Shown here: in pieces, positions 1 through 8,130 of the stretch
Position numbering within the stretch: the stretch's first letter is position 1
Layout of the letters: each line of letters begins with the position of its first letter
Notes under the pieces: generated by a model
The model's input: the letters and a program-made list of their open reading frames with translations, nothing else
The model's database searches: none
What the model was told of the DNA's origin: nothing
Program-made: the position numbers and the translations under genes
Assembly: GCF_006345805.1 (NCBI RefSeq)
Contig: NW_021826927.1
Coordinates: forward strand, 1 to 11,718
Reading direction: 5' to 3'
Source: Octopus sinensis
Taxonomy: Eukaryota
Length of the DNA stretch: 11,718 bases

Positions 1-40
1 ATTTTGTTTTGTGCAATTAGATTTAGGTTTGTCTATCTCT

Positions 41-85
41 GGGGTGCATGGCTCAGTGGTTATGGTGTAGGATTCATGATCGTAA
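41..85 (+). mobile_element. Truncated tRNA-derived SINE head
   Basis: GGGGTGCATGGCTCAGTGGTTATGGTGTAGGATTCATGATCGTA contains an A-box (TGGCTCAGTGG) and resembles the heads at 4917(-) and 9871(+). It breaks off before the B-box. Confidence 0.55.
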
Positions 86-98
86 TACTGCGTATTAT

Positions 99-362
99 AG
101 CTGGTAATAACGTCAGCAGGCCGGGCGAAATGCTTAACAGTATTTCGTCTGCCGTTTCGGTCTGAGTTCAAATTCCGCCGAGGTCGACTTTGCCATTCAT
201 CTTTTCGAGGTCGATTAAATAAGTACCAGTTATGCACTGGGGTCGATGTAATCGACTTAATATCTATGTCTGTCCTTGTTTGTCCACTCTATATTTAGCT
301 CCTTGTGGGTAATAAAGAAATAGGCATTTTGTCTGCTATTACGTTCTGAGTTCAAATTCCGC
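99..362 (+). mobile_element. SINE-M: head, one 184-bp unit (141-324) and the start of a second unit (325-362)
   Basis: Aligns by eye with 7346-8130 and 5186-5604(-). B-box GTTCAAATTCC occurs twice. Junction AAAGAAATAGG|CATTTTGTCTG at 324/325. Confidence 0.9.
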
Positions 363-564
363 ATTTTGCCCGGTGTGTTAACGATCCTACAAGCTCGTTG
401 TCTTTAAACACTGTTCATATTGAAAAATCTTAACCGTTTACGTAATACCTAATTACTTTCCATACGTGAGGGGGTGTTCTCTGGAAATTAACACAAAAAT
501 TATTTAGCAAACTTTAATAAAGTATTCGAACTAGATTAGAATACCGAATACGAATCACATCTTG

Positions 565-600
565 CCGGAAGTTCGCTACTATATCAACCCACCGGAAGTT
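565..600 (+). promoter_or_regulatory. Two ETS-type CCGGAAGT motifs (possible promoter element)
   Basis: CCGGAAGTT at 565-573 and 592-600, in a stretch (~370-820) not matched elsewhere in the window. Motif evidence only. Confidence 0.3.
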
Positions 601-834
601 CACAAGATGATGTCTCACGAACGCGGGAATAACCAACAGCTATAGGAATTACTTCTACGAGTCAGTTACATCGAAAGATTGCCTACGGATATGAAACTTT
701 AATTAACACAATGTAAAATGAATGGAATTATACTGAAAAACTAGATTTCTCTTCCTAACGTATCAAATTATTTTCCCTTTATTTCACAAGTTATTCGTTA
801 GGTGTTTTCTTCCATCCTTCCCACTTATGTGGTA

Positions 835-996
835 CATGCTCGTGTAGTAAGTATCTGGCTTCCCAACACATGGTTCTGGGTTCAATCCGGGTTCAGTCCT
901 ACTGTGTAGAACTTTGGGCAAGTGTCTTCTATAGCTTCGAGCCGACAAAACCTTGTGAGTAGATTTGATAGATGGAAAATGAAAAGAAGCCCGTCG

Positions 997-997
<1 letters not shown>
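835..997 (+). mobile_element. CORE-like tRNA-SINE, 5' half (diverged)
   Basis: Reverse-complement match to 2236-2420. Contains TTTGGGCAAGTGTCTT, resembling the MIR/CORE motif CCTTGGGCAAGT. The B-box region is duplicated (CTGGGTTCAATCCGGGTTCAGTCC). Ends at GAAGCCCGTCG before the TA repeat. Confidence 0.85.
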
Positions 998-1027
<30 letters not shown>

Positions 1028-1035
1028 GTGTGTGT

Positions 1036-1071
<36 letters not shown>

Positions 1072-1103
1072 CATATGTATATATATATGTATTAATATAT
1101 ATA

Positions 1104-1147
<44 letters not shown>

Positions 1148-1152
1148 ATATA
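998..1152. repeat. Compound (TA)n/(TG)n microsatellite
   Basis: Direct reading of the sequence. Confidence 0.97.
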
Positions 1153-1222
1153 TTTTACTTGTTTCAGTCATCTGACTGCAGCCATGCTGGAGCACCGCCT
1201 TTAGTCGAGCAAATCGACCCCG
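1153..1222 (-). mobile_element. CORE-like SINE, 3'-terminal ~70 bp
   Basis: Near-identical to 2023-2092 (TTTTACTTGTTTCAGTCA...GCCATGCTGGAGCACCGCCTTTAGTCGAGCAAATCGACCCCG). Confidence 0.9.
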
Positions 1223-1550
1223 AATTTACCTCTCATCCTTTCGGGGTCGATAAAACCAGTTACGCACTGGGGTCGATGTAATCGCTTAATCCCTTTATCT
1301 GTTTTTGTTTGTCCCCTCTATGTTTAGCCCCTTGTGGACAATAAAGAAATAAGAAACGTTAGCACGCCGGGCAAAATGTTTCAGCGGTCCGTCACTACGT
1401 TCAGAGTTCAAATTCCACCGAGGTCGACTTTGCCTTTCATCCTTTCGGGGTCGATAAATTAAATACCAGTTACGTACTGGGGTAGATCGAATCGACTGGC
1501 CCCTTCCTCGCAAAAGTTCGTGCTTTGTGCCTAGAGTAGAAGAAAAGAAT
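1223..1550 (+). mobile_element. SINE-M: partial unit with tail I, then a near-complete copy with alternative tail II
   Basis: 1234-1352 matches the 3' part of the 184-bp unit. The junction AAAGAAATAAG|AAACGTTAGCAC enters the head at the A-box. The second copy ends ATCGACTGGCCCCTTCCTCGCAAAAG...TTGTGCCTAGAGTAGAAG, similar to 10696-10757. Confidence 0.85.
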
Positions 1551-1659
1551 ATATTTAATTTGTGAAATTGTAACCTTCACATTTTTTTTATTTTTCATAA
1601 ATATAAACACACAAATAAAGCTATTCTCCATTTATTTTTAAGTTTCATCTTGATTTAAT

Positions 1660-1662
<3 letters not shown>

Positions 1663-1700
<38 letters not shown>
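1663..1700. repeat. (TA)n microsatellite
   Basis: Direct reading of the sequence. Confidence 0.97.
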
Positions 1701-1704
<4 letters not shown>

Positions 1705-1714
1705 AACTGTATGT

Positions 1715-1945
1715 ATGTTGTGTGTCTGTGTTTGTGTCCCCAACCACCCTTAACAATCAACGTTGGTGTGTTTGCGTTCCCATAATTTTAGCGGTTCGGC
1801 CATGGAGACCGATAGAATAAGTTCCTTGAATGTAAAAAAAAACAAGTACTTACTGGAGTCCGTTCATTCGACTAAAATTCTGCAAGGCAGTGCTCCAGTA
1901 TGGCTGCACTCTAACGAATGAAACAAACAGAAGGATAAATGAATA
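1715..1945 (+). mobile_element. CORE-like SINE, 3' half (diverged)
   Basis: Reverse-complement match to 2025-2210 (GGTGTGTTTGCG...TTAGCGGTTCGGC...GAGACCGATAGAATAAGT...AAGGCAGTGCTCCAGTATGGC...GAAACAA). Confidence 0.85.
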
Positions 1946-2002
1946 ATATATATATATTTTAATATTGTAAATAAATAAATAAATAAATATTATATATATA
2001 TA

Positions 2003-2582
<580 letters not shown>

Positions 2583-2590
2583 ACTCTCGT

Positions 2591-2800
2591 TTTGTATTTG
2601 GTTTGCAAGATTCTTTTTTCTTTATGTGAATCGTGTGTTTGAAACATATTTCATTGTGTCTTGGGAGGGTCATCTCTTTTATTGCTTTATTAATTTAACA
2701 ACACACTCACCGGTCTGATTTCCACTCATTTACTTATTTTTAACTAGAATTTTCGTTGTATCTTGCAACCTTTTCAATAGTCGTTGACTCTGTCCGTTAT
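2591..2800. repeat. Unclassified interspersed repeat, copy 1
   Basis: Co-linear with 11441-11614 (ATTTGGTTTGCAA...AATTTTCGTTG[T/C][A/G]TCTTGCAACCTTTTCAATAGT...TGACTCTGTCC). This copy has ~30 bp extra. Confidence 0.85.
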
Positions 2801-3087
2801 CCTCCCAGGCACAAGTCCGGGCAACGCTGTTCTATGGAAGATCAGCAGTCACCCATGCATACCAGCCTCCTCTCTCTCCACAGCACTGATATTATCCAAG
2901 AGAAAGGCAAAGGCTGATACAACTTGGCACCAGTGACATTGCAACTCATTTCTACAGCCGAGTGCTCTGGAGCAAAGTGGAATAAAGTGTCTTGCTCAAG
3001 AACACAACACACAGTCCAGTCCGGGATTCGAACTCACTACCTCACGATTGTGAGCCTGACGCACTAACCACTCAGCTATGAGCCATC
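2801..3087 (-). mobile_element. tRNA-derived SINE with a CORE/V-like central domain
   Basis: The minus strand has an A-box TAGCTGAGTGG and a B-box GTTCGAATCC (3033-3024), followed by TTGTGTTCTTGAGCAAGACACTTTA, a central motif type common to several metazoan SINE superfamilies. Only one copy is in the window. Confidence 0.8.
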
Positions 3088-3434
3088 ACACACACACACA
3101 CGTATGTATGTGTGCGTGTGTGTATATGTATATATATATATATAATTATATACGTTACAAAGAGGGGGGACGGAAAGAAGGAGAGTAATTCATAGACAAA
3201 ATAATTTAGTGAATACATGCATACAAATATATATATGTATAAACACAAAATATATACATATAACATATACATAATATATATACATATATATATAATATAT
3301 ATATATACATATATATATATATACACATATATATATATACATATATATGTAACATATTTATATACATATAAATATACATACATATATATATACATATATA
3401 TATATATAATCATACATATATATACTTACATATA

Positions 3435-3477
<43 letters not shown>

Positions 3478-3594
3478 TGCATATATATAAATATACATAC
3501 ATGCATACGTATAAATATACATACATATATATAAATATATATGCATACATATAAATATAGATACATATATGTAAATATACATACATATATATGA

Positions 3595-3642
<48 letters not shown>

Positions 3643-3645
3643 TTA
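3088..3645. repeat. Long compound TA/CA/TACA microsatellite
   Basis: Direct reading; contains a short non-repeat interruption at ~3155-3215. Confidence 0.9.
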
Positions 3646-3780
3646 TATAAATTAGAAAAAAAACACCTTTTGTCAATTCAAAATGAACAATTAAATTACA
3701 TACATTATATTTTGTGAAATTTAATTTAGTATTTCTAATTGAATTTTTCCCTGTAAGTTGGGGATAATATTCCCTCAAAT

Positions 3781-3790
3781 ATTATTAATT

Positions 3791-3827
<37 letters not shown>

Positions 3828-3856
3828 ATATTAATTATTATTATTATTATTATATT

Positions 3857-3895
<39 letters not shown>

Positions 3896-3945
3896 TTATT
3901 ATTATTATTATTATTATTATCATTATTATTATTATTATTATTTTA
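3781..3945. repeat. (ATT)n microsatellite
   Basis: Direct reading of the sequence. Confidence 0.97.
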
Positions 3946-4194
3946 TATATGAGAGAGAGATGGGGTGGGTGGGATTGACTGATGTCTGTTCTAAAAGTGC
4001 CGTAGTGTATGTTGGCAGAATTGCCGTTCCTTGAGTAGAGAAATATATTTCAGCTTGAGTGACGTAAGGAGGAGCTGCCGAAGAGGCGTTGGAGGCGATG
4101 GTGAAAAAATCGATAATGCAATCAGTTCGATGAATATCGAATTGATTTCTCTTATTTTAGCTACAAACACACATTGTAACAATTCTCCTTTCTC

Positions 4195-4575
4195 TTTGTG
4201 CGTGTCTATCTGTTTATGCAGGTTTATGTGTGTGAGTATGTGTGTCTATATGTATGTGTATGTGTATGTGTGGATGCATGAGTATGTGTGTGTGTGTGTA
4301 TTTTCATGCGTGTATGCATGATTATATATTTACATGTCTGTGCATGTGTGTATTTGTGTGTTTTTTTTCTGCTTTTGAGTATATGTATTTTTGTATTTTT
4401 GTTCTTGGGCGTATTCTTGTGTTTGTGTGTGTGTGCGCTTGTTTGTGTGTGTGCTTATGTGTCTGTTTGTTTCTGTATATATTTGTGTGTGTGTGTTTAT
4501 GTGTTCGAATGTCTCTCGTTATATGTACATGCGTGCGTGGGCGCGGCGCGTGTGCGTATATATGTGCTATTTTCT
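4195..4575. repeat. Degenerate (TG)n-rich low-complexity tract
   Basis: Direct reading of the sequence. Confidence 0.9.
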
Positions 4576-4597
4576 TTGTTTAACTGGTGTATGCTTT

Positions 4598-4917
4598 ATG
4601 ACACGTGACACATGACACGTGACCGACTAAGCTATCAGATGTTGCTACACATCGCTGGTCACAATGCGCTTCGCATTGTTTTAGCCTTCAAATGACGCCA
4701 CCCCGCTGGTTAAGCGAGCTGGCCAACAGAAGAAAGAGTGAGAGAAAGCTGCGGCGAAAGAGTACAGCAGGGATCACCACCACCTCCTGCCGGAGCCTCG
4801 TGGAGCATTAGGTGTTTCCGCCCAATAAAACACTCACAACGCCCGGTCTGGGAATCGAAACCGCGATCCTACGACCGCGAGTCCGCTACCCTAACCACTG
4901 GGCCATTGCGCCTCCAC
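4598..4917 (-). mobile_element. tRNA-SINE, shared head with tail A
   Basis: The minus strand reads GTGGAGGCGCAATGGCCCAGTGGTTAGGG (A-box)...GTTTCGATTCCC (B-box). The first ~189 bp match 9871-10058. It ends in (TCACGTG)-like tandem repeats at 4598-4622. Confidence 0.9.
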
Positions 4918-5185
4918 GTTTATGTTCTGTTGTAAGTATTTGTTATTACAATTATTCTTGTTAATACTGTTGCTGTTTTTTTTTCTGCGACTGCTACTGT
5001 TGTTGTTTTTGTTCTTGTTTTAGCTCTGTAACCACAGGCAGTCTTGCTTGAGCTGATCTATGACACAAAAGTTGCCAGTTGAACATTGAAGAAAAAAGCT
5101 ACAGGCTGATGTCAATACCTTTCTCCTTTGTGTGCCCACACCGAGGTGGTCGAACCAGTGAAGACATAAATATCATAGCTATGAA

Positions 5186-5604
5186 TATATTTCTTTATTG
5201 CCAACAAGGGGCTAAACATAGAAGGGACAAACAAGGACAGACAAATGGATTAAGTCGATTACATCGACCCCAGTGCGTAACTAGTACTTAATTTATCGAC
5301 CCCGAAAGGATGAAAGGCAAAGTCGACCTCGGCTGAATATGAACTCAGAACGTAACGGCAGACGAAATACCTATTTCTTTACTACCCACAAGGGGCTAAA
5401 CACAGAGAGGACAAACAAGGACAGACAAATGGGTTAAGTCGATTATATCGACCCCAGTGCGTAATTGGTACTTATTTAATCGACCCCGAAAGAATGAAAG
5501 GCAAAGTCGACCTCGGCGGAATTTGAACTCAGAACCTAACGGCATACGAAATACGGCTACGCATTTCGCCCGGCATACTAACGTTTTTGCCAGCTCGCCG
5601 CCTT
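5186..5604 (-). mobile_element. SINE-M dimer: head plus two 184-bp units
   Basis: Head AAGGCGGCGAGCTGGCAAAAACGTTAG from 5604. Units span 5553-5370 and 5369-5186. The junction is identical to those in the 7346-8130 array. Confidence 0.93.
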
Positions 5605-6115
5605 TCAACGCTCTATATCAAAGGCTCACGGTGAACTGCTACCAACATGATCTGCCAATCGCTCAATGAGACAGTCCACCTTTAGCCACTTGGGGGGTGG
5701 GGGGTGGTCAGAATCCTTTCGCAACATTGAGGTTCACTTAAGGCTCTACTCCGTAGTAGTGATGTTAGCAAAACGGCACATTACTGATTCGTTGAATCAT
5801 AGTCGAAGACTCACACAAAGAACCGAAACCAGAAACTCAGTACTAAGAGCGAAAGGAGATCCCTAATTGTAGATTCCAGTTCGAGTTTTCAGTAATTCAA
5901 AATTCCATCTTATTCAGTCTAGGTGAACTAGACTGAATAAGTTTGAGTATTTTGGGCCACTGTTATAGAGTATTTGTAACGATACCATGATAGCAATGAT
6001 GAGCTTTTTAGCTGATTGTCTGAAAACGTTTTCAATTTGATAATCACTTCTCTAAGAACATCGGTTAAAAGATTTAGAACTTAATAAAACATGCTGTCAC
6101 AACGTAGTCATAAAG

Positions 6116-6125
6116 CTAGCTGACA
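6116..6125 (+). repeat. TSD of the RTE insertion, left copy (CTAGCTGACA)
   Basis: Identical to 6653-6662; abuts the (TGA)n tail. Confidence 0.85.
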
Positions 6126-6490
6126 AATCATTCATCATCATTGTTCGACCGTGGTCGAGACAATGGAATCTACTATGTTACGCCAGACTTACAGGTCCAT
6201 CATAGCATTACGGAGGTCCTGTTGCTGGATGCCTGTATCCCTGGAGATTACATCAGGGTAGGAGAGTGTGCGCCCTCTGGTATTGCAAGCAGATGGCTTC
6301 CACAGGAGAAGAGTAGAAATTACCTCGTTTTCAGCTCTACAACAATGTCCAGCAAACTGGACTCTTCTACCTTTCACAAGAGATGATACAGGTGGTAGTT
6401 TCCCATATATTTGTACTTTGGTTGGATGACGCTTCCACGAGAGATTATGAGCTCTCATAAGGAGGCGAGTGTAAGTTCCATCCAACCAGC
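6126..6490 (-). mobile_element. RTE-type LINE 3' end (ORF C-terminus and (TGA)n tail)
   Basis: Translates LDGTYTRLLMRAHNLSWKRHPT...RRVQFAGHCCRAENEVISTLLLWKP...DL*VWRNIVDSIVSTTVEQ*. This matches the RTE post-RT region as I recall it (LDGxYTRxL...RRLxFAGHCxR...DRxxW). There is one premature TAA at 6191-6189. The terminal stop begins the TGATGATGA tail. Confidence 0.88.
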
Positions 6491-6494
6491 TAAA

Positions 6495-6652
6495 TCACTA
6501 ACCGCCTCTTTCTCCAATGCCCAATCTCTTTTACAAGCTCTTGAACAAGCCTCAAATTGTGTAGGTCTTTACCTCAATGAGTCCAAGACTGAATATGTAC
6601 ACAAGTGCTTGTCCAACAGTGATTTCATCATCCATACTCTCAACAATACGCC
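6495..6652 (+). mobile_element. RTE-type LINE reverse transcriptase fragment, inverted relative to 6126-6490
   Basis: Translates SFSNAQSLLQALEQASNCVGLYLNESKTEYV...IHTLNNTP, the non-LTR RT segment just after YADD (AQxLLxxLE...VGLxxNxxKTEY). Confidence 0.82.
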
Positions 6653-6662
6653 CTAGCTGACA
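6653..6662 (+). repeat. TSD of the RTE insertion, right copy (CTAGCTGACA)
   Basis: Identical to 6116-6125; starts where the RT-like reading frame stops. Confidence 0.85.
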
Positions 6663-6859
6663 CAATGCCTTATAGATTACACTGGGTAACAAACTTTTTT
6701 ACTTATTTTTTTGTCTTTGGCTAGTAATTGTTATTTCCTATTTGTTTCTATCTAGAAATCAAAGGAAATGACTACTATTCCCTTCAAATTTTGCTTTTCT
6801 CACCTGGACATCAATGTTTTGAAACTGAACTAATTTCCATTATATTTCAGAAAGATTCA

Positions 6860-7020
6860 ACGCTGAGTTGCTAAAGCTGGAATATCGTTATAGCAAATAT
6901 TCTGTTCAATACCACAGATCTGCTTGTCAGTTAATTGACCTTAACATTCGAGCACGTCCTTTAGATGCTGACAATATGTGCATCTCTGAGCATGAGCAGA
7001 AGTAGCAGGGAAGTAACATG
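6860..7020. repeat. Possible octopus interspersed repeat (unclassified)
   Basis: ACCACAGATCTGCTTGTCAG...ATATGTGCATCTCTGA...GAGCAGAAGTAG resembles an octopus repeat I recall. There is no second copy in the window, so this is unverified. Confidence 0.3.
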
Positions 7021-7345
7021 TTATTTTTTTATTTGAATAAATGTAGTAAAAACAAAGTTTGAAGAGAACAGCATTTTTTATGTTTTCTAAGGATAAGTAA
7101 ATATGAAATAACAGTTGCTGCCCAAGGACAATAATCAAGTTACACAGTATTATAATAAGTTTTAAGACCATATACGAACAGTGTTCCGTAACATTTTTTC
7201 ACTTGCGGTACACTTATATACTTTTCAAAATTCGGCGGCACATCTCAACTAAAATATAAAATGTATAGGGAAAGAAAAAAATATATCCAGGTCACATTAC
7301 GGAACAGCTGGCATAGCTTCGTGGTGCTGCGGCATGCAGGTTGTG

Positions 7346-8130
7346 GAGCACTGGGCAGAACCGTTAGCACGCGGGCGAAATGCGTAGCCGTATTTCGTCT
7401 GCCGTTACGTTCTGAGTTCAAATTCCGCCGAGGTCGACTTTGCCTTTCATCTTTTCGGGGTCGATAAATTAAGTACCAGTTATGCACTGGGGTCGATATA
7501 ATCGACTTAATCCGTTTGTCTGTCCTTGTTTGTCCCCTCTGTATTTAAACCCTTGTGGGTAGTAAAGAAATAAGTATTTCGTCTGCTGCTACGTTCTGAG
7601 TTCAAATTCCGCCGAGGTCGACTTTGCCTTTCATCCTTTCGGGGTCGATAAATTAAGTACCAGTTACGCACTGGGGTCGATGTAATCGACTTAATACCTA
7701 TGTCTGTCCTTGTTTGTCCTCTCTGTGTTTAGCCCCTTGTGGGTAGTAAAGAAATAGGTATTTCATCTGCCTCTACGTTCTGAGTTCAAATTCCGTCGAG
7801 GTCGACTTTGCCTTTCATCTTTTCGGGGTCGATAAATTAAGTACCAGTTATGCACTGGGGTCGATATATTCGACTTTATCCGTTTGTCTGTCCTTGTTTG
7901 TCCCCTCTGTATTTAACCCCTTGTGGGTAGTAAAGAAATAAGTATTTCGTCTGCCGCTACGTTCTGAGTTCAAATTCCGCCGAGGTCGACTTTGCCTTCA
8001 ATCCTTTTGGGGTCGATAAATTAAATACCAGTCACGCACTGGGGCCAATATACTCGACTTAATCCGTTTGTCTGTCCTTGTTTGTCGCCTCTGTGTCTAG
8101 CCCCTTGTGGGTAGTAAAGAAATAGAAATA
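7346..8130 (+). mobile_element. SINE-M tetramer: head plus four tandem 184-bp units
   Basis: Units are 7391-7574, 7575-7758, 7759-7942 and 7943-8126. The A-box-like GGCAGAACCG is only in the head; each unit has the B-box GTTCAAATTCC. Ends in (AAATAG)-like repeats. Confidence 0.96.

Noticed and set aside
3650-3780. AT-rich segment that may be an octopus repeat
   Set aside because: Only a vague recollection; there is no second copy or structural hallmark in the window.
5666-5866. 66-aa ORF and surrounding sequence
   Set aside because: No recognisable domain, splice context or in-window homology.
6145-6158. RTE 3' palindrome as the source of the SINE GGTCGA modules
   Set aside because: Only a 6-bp motif is shared, with no flanking similarity.
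6141-6386. Plus-strand 81-aa ORF
   Set aside because: It is the antisense of the RTE C-terminus on the minus strand.
7346-8130. CRISPR array or tRNA gene cluster
   Set aside because: The units are near-identical over their whole 184 bp with no unique spacers, lack an A-box, and I could not see a cloverleaf; the context is eukaryotic.
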